Assembly: GCA_021158195.1 (NCBI GenBank)
Contig: JAGGVA010000031.1
Coordinates: 1 to 43,160 of the forward strand
Direction of reading: 5' to 3'
Length of the DNA stretch: 43,160 bases
Source of the DNA: a bacterium
Lineage (GTDB): Bacteria > Patescibacteriota > Minisyncoccia > Minisyncoccales > PEYH01
Part shown: piece by piece, positions 26,077-33,535 of the stretch
How positions within the stretch are numbered: position 1 is the first letter of the stretch
Layout of the letters: each line of letters begins with the position of its first letter
The notes under the pieces: model-generated
The model's database searches: none
What the model was told of the DNA's origin: nothing
The model's input: the letters and a program-made list of their open reading frames with translations, nothing else
Translations under genes and position numbers: made by a program

Positions 26077-27446
26077 AATTCTTTGAGTTGTTCTTTAGAA
26101 ACTTCCGAGGGAGCATTCATCATTAAATCTCTAGAATCTCCAGTTTTTGGAAAGGCAATAACCTCTCTAATGTTTGGTTCGTTGAGCAATAAAGAAACCA
26201 GTCGGTCTAAACCTAAAGCAATACCTCCATGAGGTGGTACCCCATAATCAAATGCTTCTAATAAATGCCCAAATTTTTCTTTAATTTCTGATTTTGTATG
26301 CCCCATTACCTCAAAAACCGCCTCCAACATTTCTTTTTTATAACTTCTCAAACTTCCTCCTCCTATTTCGTATCCATTTAATACAAGATCATACTGATAA
26401 GCAAGAATTTTCTCCGGGTTGTTTTTAATTTCGGCAATATCTTCAGTTTGAGGCCTAGTAAAAGGATGATGGACGCTTTTCCACCTCTTTTCTTCTTCTG
26501 ACCATTCAAACATAGGGAAATCTATAATAAAGGCAAAAGCCAGTTCGTCTTGATCTTTTTTATCTTTTCTTAGATCTGGCCTATCTGAGCCATATTTTTC
26601 CATTGCTTCTTTGTATTGAAGTCGAGGAAAGGGAGTTTGAGAAATATGTTTTTTTGGGAAAACATTTTTCACCGCTTCAATCATCATTTCTTCTATTAGC
26701 GCCAAGATATCTTCTTGACTTACAAAGGAAAGTTCCATATCAATTTGAGTGAATTCTGCCTGTCTGTCTGCTCGGGGATCTTCATCTCTAAAGCATCGGG
26801 CTATTTGAAAGTATTTTTCAAAACCGGCAACCATTAAAAGTTGCTTGTATTGTTGAGGACTTTGAGGTAAGGCATAAAATTTACCCGGCTGGAGACGAGA
26901 GGGCACTAAAAAATCTCTTGCTCCTTCAGGAGTAGATTTAGTTAATATAGGAGTTTCTATTTCAAAAAACCCTTTTGATTTAAGAAAATCTCTAACAAAA
27001 TGGATAACCTCCTGTCTTAATTTGAGATTTTTTTTCAGGCGTGATCTTCTGAGGTCAAGATATCTGTATTTGAGTCGCTTTTCTTCACTTATATCGTAAC
27101 CATCTCCATCAATAGAAAATGGCAGTGTTTTAGCAGGCGAGAGAATTTTTAATTCTTTAGCAAGAAGTTCAATATTGCCGGTTAATAAATCTGGGTTTTC
27201 TGTTCCTTTTGGCCTTTGATTTACTTCTCCTGTGATTTCTATTACATATTCCGGCTTTAGTTCTTTTGCTCTTTCCATTAACTTGCTATTTTTGTCAGCA
27301 GCAAAAACTACCTGTAAAGTTCCAGAAATATCTCTAAGATCTAAAAAGATAATCTTTCCATGAGTTCTTATATTATTCGCCCACCCCATTACTTTTACTT
27401 CTTGGCCAATATTGTTCACTGTGTCTTTGATAAGAGTTCTTTTCAT
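26040..27446 (-). CDS. aspS: Aspartate--tRNA ligase, bacterial-type core lacking the GAD insertion
   Basis: 'RYLDLRR', 'TPEGARDFLVPSR', 'FYALPQSPQQYKQLLMVAGFEKYFQIARCFRDEDPRADRQAEFTQID' and 'GGIALGLDR'. Only 468 aa. Confidence 0.93.
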   Translation of the reverse strand: MKRTLIKDTVNNIGQEVKVMGWANNIRTHGKIIFLDLRDISGTLQVVFAADKNSKLMERAKELKPEYVIEITGEVNQRPKGTENPDLLTGNIELLAKELKILSPAKTLPFSIDGDGYDISEEKRLKYRYLDLRRSRLKKNLKLRQEVIHFVRDFLKSKGFFEIETPILTKSTPEGARDFLVPSRLQPGKFYALPQSPQQYKQLLMVAGFEKYFQIARCFRDEDPRADRQAEFTQIDMELSFVSQEDILALIEEMMIEAVKNVFPKKHISQTPFPRLQYKEAMEKYGSDRPDLRKDKKDQDELAFAFIIDFPMFEWSEEEKRWKSVHHPFTRPQTEDIAEIKNNPEKILAYQYDLVLNGYEIGGGSLRSYKKEMLEAVFEVMGHTKSEIKEKFGHLLEAFDYGVPPHGGIALGLDRLVSLLLNEPNIREVIAFPKTGDSRDLMMNAPSEVSKEQLKELCLEIKKPKKEH

Positions 27447-27811
27447 ATTATTTGTTGAATTTTTTGAACAATCTCTGAAGGAGTATAGTTTGCTTTTATT
27501 ATATAATCCTTCACTTTATATTTTTTTGCCTCATCGAAATAATTTTCTCCTTCAAGATTGGAAAAGATGATTACAGGAATATTATTTTTCTCTTTTCTTA
27601 ATTTTTTAAGAAAAGAGAGGCCGTCTTCTTTTGGAAGAATGATGTCTAAGATTATAAGATGGAAAGATCTTTTCCTTAAAATCTTTTTTGCCTCTTCGGC
27701 GTCAAAAACACAAGTAACATCAAAGCCCGCTTCTTTAAGTTTTTTTAGATAGATATCTTGAATTAAGGGTTCGTCTTCTACCAAAAGAATTTTTTTCTTC
27801 TTGGCAGACAT
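27443..27811 (-). CDS. Stand-alone response-regulator receiver (CheY-like) protein
   Basis: 'KILLVEDEPLI...HLIILDIILPKEDGLSFLKKLR...PVIIFSN'. No output domain. ATGA overlap with aspS. Confidence 0.85.
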   Translation of the reverse strand: MSAKKKKILLVEDEPLIQDIYLKKLKEAGFDVTCVFDAEEAKKILRKRSFHLIILDIILPKEDGLSFLKKLRKEKNNIPVIIFSNLEGENYFDEAKKYKVKDYIIKANYTPSEIVQKIQQII

Positions 27812-27817
27812 TTATCT

Positions 27818-27826
27818 ATTATACCA
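27818..27826 (-). promoter_or_regulatory. Extended -10 element (TGGTATAAT) 6 nt upstream of the response-regulator ATG
   Basis: Minus strand reads TTTTTGGTATAAT-AGATAA-ATG. This geometry predicts a leaderless or near-leaderless mRNA. Confidence 0.4.
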
Positions 27827-27856
27827 AAAAATTTTTATATTTCCAGTTTTGTATTC

Positions 27857-27890
27857 AAAAAGAAAAGAGGGCCAACCTTAAGGTTGGCCC
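27857..27890 (-). terminator. Rho-independent terminator of the candidate sRNA
   Basis: GGGCCAACC-TTAA-GGTTGGCCC (27869-27890, perfect 9 bp). Followed on the minus strand by TCTTTTCTTTTTG. Confidence 0.8.
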
Positions 27891-28042
27891 GCACAAATAG
27901 TATGGGAAAGCGCGGAAGTTCGGAAAAGGAGGTGACCAATTAAATTCGCAGCACTTTTGATCTTGGATCTAAGTAGGGGGTTCAACAAGTGGGCGGTTAT
28001 TCCCGCGCTTTCCCATTTTATGGCAGGATTTGTTAAGGTTCT
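27857..28042 (-). ncRNA. Candidate structured small RNA (~185 nt), family unassigned
   Basis: Bounded by a consensus promoter and an intrinsic terminator on the minus strand. A 14-bp perfect helix (27902-27915 with 28003-28016) closes a G+C-rich ~86-nt domain. Contains GGUCACCUCCUUUUCC. Confidence 0.5.
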
Positions 28043-28048
28043 ATTTTT

Positions 28049-28078
28049 ATTATATCCTTGGCTCAAAATATATGTCAA
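28049..28078 (-). promoter_or_regulatory. Consensus sigma70-type promoter (TTGACA-18-TATAAT) driving the candidate sRNA
   Basis: Minus strand reads TTGACA at 28078-28073 and TATAAT at 28054-28049. Confidence 0.6.
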
Positions 28079-28089
28079 GGGTTTGCGGT

Positions 28090-28117
28090 TTGAGTCAATT
28101 GGAATTTTTGTTATAAT
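28090..28117 (+). promoter_or_regulatory. Candidate valS promoter with extended -10
   Basis: TTGAGT (28090-28095), 16 nt spacer, TGtTATAAT (28109-28117). Lies 21 nt upstream of the valS ATG. Confidence 0.5.
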
Positions 28118-28138
28118 GAAAAATCTAAAAATTATTGT

Positions 28139-30499
28139 ATGAAAAAACAATACGATTTCAAAATTTCAGAAAAAAAGTGGCAGAAATTCTGGGAAAAAGA
28201 AAAAATTTTTAAATTCAATCCCAAAAAGAAAGGCAAACTTTTTTCTATTGATACTCCCCCGCCTACCTTGAGTGGCAAGATGCACATTGGTCATGCTTTT
28301 TCTTATACTCATCAAGATATTATTGCTCGCTATCATCGAATGAAAGGTGAAAATGTTTTTTATCCTTTTGGCGTTGACAATAACGGACTTCCTTCAGAAA
28401 AGTTGGTAGAAAAGTTAAATAAAGTGAAAATTTTTGATTTAGGAAGAAAGAAATTTGTTCAACTCTGTCAAAAAACCCTCAAAAAGATTCTTCCAGAGTT
28501 TATTTCTGACTGGAAAAGAATAGGAATGTCTTGCGATTTTTCGCTTTTTTATTCTACTATAAGCCCTGAAGTTCAAAAATTAAGCCAGAAATATTTTTTA
28601 GATTTATTTAAAAAGAACAGAATTTATAGAAAAGAAACCCCTACTCTTTGGTGTCCGGAATGTCAAACTGCCATAGCCCAGGCAGAATTAGAAGATAAAG
28701 AAGAAGAGATTCTCTTTAATGATATAGAGTTTTCTTTAGAAGATGGTGGAAAGATTATTATTTCTACCACAAGGCCCGAGCTCCTGCCAAGTTGTGTGGC
28801 AATTTTTGTGCACCCCAAAGACAAAAGATACAGAAAATTTATTGGCAAGAAAGCCATTGTTCCCATATTCGGACAGAAAGTAAAAATAATGCCTGATAGT
28901 AAAGTTGACATAAAGAAAGGAAGCGGTGTAGTAATGTGCTGCACTTTTGGCGATACTACAGATATAGAATGGTATTTCAAACACAAACTACCTCTTAGAA
29001 TTTCTATTACTAAAGACGGTAGGATGAATGAACTAGCCAAAGAATTTCAAGGTTTACCTATAGAAATTGCCAGAAAGAAAATTATAGAACGCCTCAAGAA
29101 TGAAGGGCTTATTAAAAACCAAAAGAAAATAATTCATTCGGTTAATGTTCACGAAAGATGCGGCCATAAAATAGAAATATTGTCTACTCCGCAGTGGTTT
29201 ATAAAATACCTTGATTTAAGGCAAGAGTTTTTGAAGCAGTCATCGAAACTCCACTGGTATCCAAAACATATGAAGTCGCGCTTGGATAATTGGATTAAGG
29301 GATTAAGGTGGGATTGGTGTATCTCCCGGCAGAGATATTTTGGAATTCCTATTCCTGTGTGGTACTGTCAGAATTGTAAAAAGATAATTCTTCCCGATGA
29401 AAAAGATTTGCCAGTAGACCCTTTACACCAAAAGCCAAAAAAGAAATGTAGTTGTGGCTCTAATAAATTTATTCCCGAGAGCGATGTTTTAGATACTTGG
29501 GTTACCAGTTCGCTAACTCCTCAAATTGCCTTTTCTCTTTTAGGCAAGAACGTTTCTCGGAGCAAAATGCTTCCTATGTCTTTAAGACCTCAGGCACATG
29601 ATATTATAAATTTCTGGCTATTTTATACTCTTGTTCGTTCTTATTTACATTTTAAGAAGATCCCTTGGAAAGATGTGGTAATTTCAGGGTTTGTTTTAGA
29701 CCCAAAAGGTGAAAAAATGTCGAAATCCAAAGGCAATGTCGTTGAGCCGCAGATAATTATTGAAAAGTACGGGGCAGATGCTATCCGCTACTGGGCTGCA
29801 AGTGCAAGATTAGGAGAGGATTTACGATACTCAGAAGAAGAAATCAAGCAAGGAAAAAGAACAGTAACAAAACTTTGGAATGCTTCAAGGTTTTCTTTAA
29901 TGCACCTAAAAAGATATTCGCCAAAGAAAATTAGCCCTCAAGGGTTAGAAGACGAAGATAAATGGCTTTTGACAAAACTTTACAGAACCCTGAGAGATTA
30001 TCGGAATTTTATGGATAAATATGAATATTCAAAAGCCAAAGAAACTTTAGATAAATTTTTCTGGAGAGATTTTTGCGACAATTATTTAGAGATAATAAAG
30101 CCCAGAGTTTACAATCCAGAATCTTCCCAAAAATTGAAGTCAGCCCAATTTACTCTTTACACTTCCCTACTTTCTATTCTCAAACTTTATGCTCCTTTTA
30201 TGCCCTTTGTAACAGAGGAAATTTACCAGATGTATTTTAGAAAATTTGAAAAAGAAAAAAGCATCCACATAACTTTGCTTCCAAAACCAAACAAGAAATT
30301 ATATTTCCCAAGAACTGCTCACAATTTTGAATTTGTAATTGAGGCAATAGCCCAGATAAGAAAATACAAATCAGAACACAAACTTCCAATGAATGCAGAA
30401 ATTCAAGAGGTCTCGATTAAAACAAAAAATAAGAAACTTTTGGAGAAGTATTTTCCTCTTTTGCAAAGAGTTCTAAATGTGAAAAGGATTAAATATTAA
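28139..30499 (+). CDS. valS: Valine--tRNA ligase (compact, archaeal-like type)
   Basis: 'IDTPPPTLSGKMHIGHAFSYTHQDIIARYHRMKGENVFYPFGVDNNGLPSE', editing domain 'STTRPELLPSCVAIFVHPKDKRY', and 'KMSKSKGN'. Confidence 0.9.
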   Translation: MKKQYDFKISEKKWQKFWEKEKIFKFNPKKKGKLFSIDTPPPTLSGKMHIGHAFSYTHQDIIARYHRMKGENVFYPFGVDNNGLPSEKLVEKLNKVKIFDLGRKKFVQLCQKTLKKILPEFISDWKRIGMSCDFSLFYSTISPEVQKLSQKYFLDLFKKNRIYRKETPTLWCPECQTAIAQAELEDKEEEILFNDIEFSLEDGGKIIISTTRPELLPSCVAIFVHPKDKRYRKFIGKKAIVPIFGQKVKIMPDSKVDIKKGSGVVMCCTFGDTTDIEWYFKHKLPLRISITKDGRMNELAKEFQGLPIEIARKKIIERLKNEGLIKNQKKIIHSVNVHERCGHKIEILSTPQWFIKYLDLRQEFLKQSSKLHWYPKHMKSRLDNWIKGLRWDWCISRQRYFGIPIPVWYCQNCKKIILPDEKDLPVDPLHQKPKKKCSCGSNKFIPESDVLDTWVTSSLTPQIAFSLLGKNVSRSKMLPMSLRPQAHDIINFWLFYTLVRSYLHFKKIPWKDVVISGFVLDPKGEKMSKSKGNVVEPQIIIEKYGADAIRYWAASARLGEDLRYSEEEIKQGKRTVTKLWNASRFSLMHLKRYSPKKISPQGLEDEDKWLLTKLYRTLRDYRNFMDKYEYSKAKETLDKFFWRDFCDNYLEIIKPRVYNPESSQKLKSAQFTLYTSLLSILKLYAPFMPFVTEEIYQMYFRKFEKEKSIHITLLPKPNKKLYFPRTAHNFEFVIEAIAQIRKYKSEHKLPMNAEIQEVSIKTKNKKLLEKYFPLLQRVLNVKRIKY

Positions 30500-30500
30500 C

Positions 30501-30530
30501 AAAAAAGGACCGAGTTGGTACCCGGTCCCT
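30501..30530 (-). terminator. Strand-specific rho-independent terminator of the 139-aa orphan gene
   Basis: Minus strand reads GGACCGGG-TACCAA-CTCGGTCC (8 bp including one G-U), followed by TTTTTTG. On the plus strand the same position is an A-C mismatch with no T-tract. Confidence 0.7.
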
Positions 30531-30948
30531 ACTGGGTAAAGTAATCATCGGGTAGAGTTTGTAAAAACTTCCCAAATGCTACTGCATCTTCTTGCATTTC
30601 TTTCAAGGTGCGCGATTTTTTATCTTCGGGAAAAATTTTAACCGCCCTTGGTCCTGCTTCAATAACCCATCCAAGTGAACCGGCTTCTCTTGAAGCTCCT
30701 TTGTCCTTATCTTTCCACCAGATTGCAAGAATTTGAACGAGATTAAAAAGATCGTCAGGGCTTTCGATGTCAACCATTACCCATGGATATGGGTGGCGGT
30801 CATAATGCCCTTGGCAAGACATAGATGTTTTAACTCCCCATCTTCTTAGGCCAATAACAAGATCTCTAATTTTTGCGTCAACAGGCATACCGAGACCGTC
30901 TCTTAAACTTTCTACTTCTCTTTTAACTTCTTCTAAGTTTCTTGCCAT
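30529..30948 (-). CDS. Hypothetical soluble 139-aa protein (orphan)
   Basis: SD AAGGAGGT (30954-30961), 5 nt before the ATG. About 45% G+C in a spot count. No motif recognised ('SMSCQGHYDRHPYPWVMV'). Confidence 0.5.
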   Translation of the reverse strand: MARNLEEVKREVESLRDGLGMPVDAKIRDLVIGLRRWGVKTSMSCQGHYDRHPYPWVMVDIESPDDLFNLVQILAIWWKDKDKGASREAGSLGWVIEAGPRAVKIFPEDKKSRTLKEMQEDAVAFGKFLQTLPDDYFTQ

Positions 30949-31016
30949 TTTTACCTCCTTTTATTCTTTAAAATTATACCACAATTTATTAAAAAAAGCA
31001 ACATTTTGTAGAAAAT

Positions 31017-31835
31017 TTATTGTTTAGAGTTTGGAGTATATCTCACTCTCATTTTTTTTGGCGGATTATGTTTCAAGATACCGCTTAATCCAATTAGCCC
31101 TATGCCTATAAAGATAAAAAATATGATAAGTAATATTATTATATCTATTGGATGTGCAGGCGTAATGAGAAATAATATTATTCCAATAATTAAAAAAACA
31201 ATAGCAGCCCGTCTGTAATTTTTAACAAAAACTTCTGTCAAACCAAAAAGAGTCATTAATAAGGCAAGAAAGCCCATAAAGAATCCTCCTCTCCCTATTC
31301 CTCCATTTTCTATACGAGATGGAAAATAAAGGAAAAAAGATAAGAAGAGAATAAAACTTCCTATTATACTCATTCTTTTTAGCAACTTTTCAAAGAATAA
31401 TTTTTTTTCCTCCGTTTCTGAAGCATTTATATTTGTAATCTCTTTGCTTGTCTTTCTGGTAAAAATGATTGCGAGAATAAGACACAAAATGCTTGTTATA
31501 GCCACGGATATAATAGTATGAGACAGGATACAGATTAATAAAGCGGGTACGAGAACAAATCCCAATGAGGGGTGGAACAAAGAAAGGGCCTCTTTTGGTC
31601 TATTGTTTTGCAGTTTTGCACAGCTAACAAGCCCTAGAATACCTCCGATAATAAGACTAATTGCTCCAGGAAACACAAAAAAGAAATCAAATAGACCCTC
31701 TAATCCTACCGTTCCTTTCTCTGTGACAAGAAAACTATTATAAAGAAAAAATTTTGCTAATCCTAATGCAGACAATGATCCAATGACACCTAAAGTTGTT
31801 GCGAAAAGTTTTGTATTTTTTGGTAAATATGGCAT
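31017..31835 (-). CDS. Hypothetical polytopic membrane protein
   Basis: 272 aa with about 7 hydrophobic helices and no motif. Confidence 0.45.
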   Translation of the reverse strand: MPYLPKNTKLFATTLGVIGSLSALGLAKFFLYNSFLVTEKGTVGLEGLFDFFFVFPGAISLIIGGILGLVSCAKLQNNRPKEALSLFHPSLGFVLVPALLICILSHTIISVAITSILCLILAIIFTRKTSKEITNINASETEEKKLFFEKLLKRMSIIGSFILFLSFFLYFPSRIENGGIGRGGFFMGFLALLMTLFGLTEVFVKNYRRAAIVFLIIGIILFLITPAHPIDIIILLIIFFIFIGIGLIGLSGILKHNPPKKMRVRYTPNSKQ

Positions 31836-31845
31836 ATGAATAATA

Positions 31846-32637
31846 TTACATTGAAGTTTTTATTCTTTTTAAATTTTTGTAAAGCAGGAAGGAGTAAATA
31901 GTAGAGAAGGGATTTAAAAAGAATATAGTTATTAATGCAATTATTATACTTAAAGCCGTTTGTTCTTCTACTGATTCTTGCAAGAAACCAGCAATTATTC
32001 CTATAGCCGCGATTATAAAAAGCCGCCACAAAACTCCTTCAAAGAATCCTTTGACTAATTCTTTACTTCTTGAGAGGGCTTTGGAGCCTTTAATACCTTC
32101 ATCTATTAGTACATATTCTGAAAAAGCAAACCAAACAGCAAAGATAATACCGGGAATGATGAACAAAAGTGAGCCGCCAAATACACGTAATCCCACCAAA
32201 AAACCAATCCAGATAAAAGATAAAAGTACACTCCAGCCTTTTTTCAAAGATTTTTTAATTCCGATTTTCTGCCCCCTTTCTTTTATAAGATAGATTAAAC
32301 TGGCATTTATCCAAGATTGAAGAAAGGTACCTACCAGGAGAAGAAACAAAAAAATAATGATAAAGGCCGGCCATCCTTCTGGTGTAGTTTTAGTTCCCGT
32401 TTCTAACAGAAAAATGGTTCCTGTTCCGACACCAATTCCGCTAATAAGTCCAATAATTAGAAACGAGAGCAGCAGCGAAACTCCCATTAGTCCCACAATA
32501 CTCCAAAATCTAGATTTATAAACCTCCCAACTTTTTGATAGAAGTTCTCCAACAGACATTAACTTTTTTGGTGCATATTCTTGAGTAGATTGAGGCATAA
32601 ATGATCCAAAGGATTGATTTTGAGATTCTTGGTTCAT
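31846..32637 (-). CDS. Hypothetical membrane protein (DUF975 / GDPD-membrane-domain-like layout)
   Basis: 263 aa. A polar N-terminus, then 'ELLSKSWEVYKSRFWSIVGLMGVSLLLSFLI' and 5-6 TM helices. Confidence 0.4.
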   Translation of the reverse strand: MNQESQNQSFGSFMPQSTQEYAPKKLMSVGELLSKSWEVYKSRFWSIVGLMGVSLLLSFLIIGLISGIGVGTGTIFLLETGTKTTPEGWPAFIIIFLFLLLVGTFLQSWINASLIYLIKERGQKIGIKKSLKKGWSVLLSFIWIGFLVGLRVFGGSLLFIIPGIIFAVWFAFSEYVLIDEGIKGSKALSRSKELVKGFFEGVLWRLFIIAAIGIIAGFLQESVEEQTALSIIIALITIFFLNPFSTIYSFLLYKNLKRIKTSM

Positions 32638-32699
32638 AGGTGTAGATTAATTATTTATTTAATTAAGAACCTTTAGAAGCATAAAATTTGGCAAATTAT

Positions 32700-33527
32700 T
32701 TAATCAAGAAACAATTTAATTATTTTTCCAAAGAATTTATCAAGAATAGGAATAAATTTATAGAGTGATCTATAGAAAATGGGTAATTTCTTTGTGGAAG
32801 AAGGAATCTCAGGATAACTTATAGAAATTTGGGAATGGTTTGAATTTTTTTCTTGGGCCCCATTGACGATTTTCCAAGAATCGAGATTAAAGGTGGAGAT
32901 AATCGTCTCAACCTCTCTTTCTCGGGGATCTTCTGGAATGTTGAGGGTAGAAGGAATTAAACTCAATAAATTTCCTCTATGAAATACATATCTTATAGTA
33001 TGTGGAATGCCTATAAAATCCATTTGGTCTACTATTAAAACGGGCGTATTGTTTAGAATTATTTCTCTTACCTTCCGTACTTCGAACCTGTCAACACCCT
33101 TAATCCTAAATACATGATCTGCGGAATTCATACTTGAAAGAATAGCATTCTTGAAGGATTGATAATCAGGATACTCCTCCATTATTTCAGATTCTAATCT
33201 TACTTTAATCGAAGACGAAGGTTCATCAAGCGGACCAGGATAGCATTTTGTTTCTTTTCCTGATTTATTAGTTGTACTAACTATATAAAACAGATCATTT
33301 TCTTTCACCTTGCAATTTTTCCATGTGGGAGGATACTTAATTTCAAAACCATATTCTTCGTTTCTGTAAGTTTTCCATTCTGAAAAATCTTCTGAATACT
33401 GGTGGGCCTGTGTTTGGGATAATTGTGGTGATGGACTTTTCCAATCTTTCCACCAAAAAAATCCACCAATTTCAAGAAGAACTACAATAATTAAAATGAT
33501 GAGTATTGTTCTTTTTTGATAGGCCAT
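32700..33527 (-). CDS. N-terminally anchored extracytoplasmic hypothetical protein
   Basis: 275 aa. TM anchor followed by 'WKTYRNEEYGFEIKYPPTW'. Confidence 0.45.
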   Translation of the reverse strand: MAYQKRTILIILIIVVLLEIGGFFWWKDWKSPSPQLSQTQAHQYSEDFSEWKTYRNEEYGFEIKYPPTWKNCKVKENDLFYIVSTTNKSGKETKCYPGPLDEPSSSIKVRLESEIMEEYPDYQSFKNAILSSMNSADHVFRIKGVDRFEVRKVREIILNNTPVLIVDQMDFIGIPHTIRYVFHRGNLLSLIPSTLNIPEDPREREVETIISTFNLDSWKIVNGAQEKNSNHSQISISYPEIPSSTKKLPIFYRSLYKFIPILDKFFGKIIKLFLD

Positions 33528-33535
33528 TCTTTAGG

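Noticed and set aside
27900-28020. SRP RNA, 6S RNA, RNase P or a 16S 3'-end fragment as the identity of the structured RNA
   Set aside because: There is no GGAA tetraloop with AGCAGC-type SRP domain IV, and no RNase P GGAAAGUCCGG motif. The length and fold do not show an obvious 6S central bubble. The resemblance to the 16S tail is limited to CUGCG...UUGGUCACCUCCUU, without helix 45/44 sequence. The RNA is left unassigned rather than named.
27812-28138. T-box riboswitch in the valS leader
   Set aside because: I could not find the conserved AGGGUGGNACCGCG T-box sequence, the AGAGA/specifier-loop and distal-loop features, or a terminator/antiterminator pair. The long helix has its arms 86 nt apart. 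The best valS promoter lies downstream of the structure. A GUU-A next to the helix is probably coincidental. A cmscan run would settle it.
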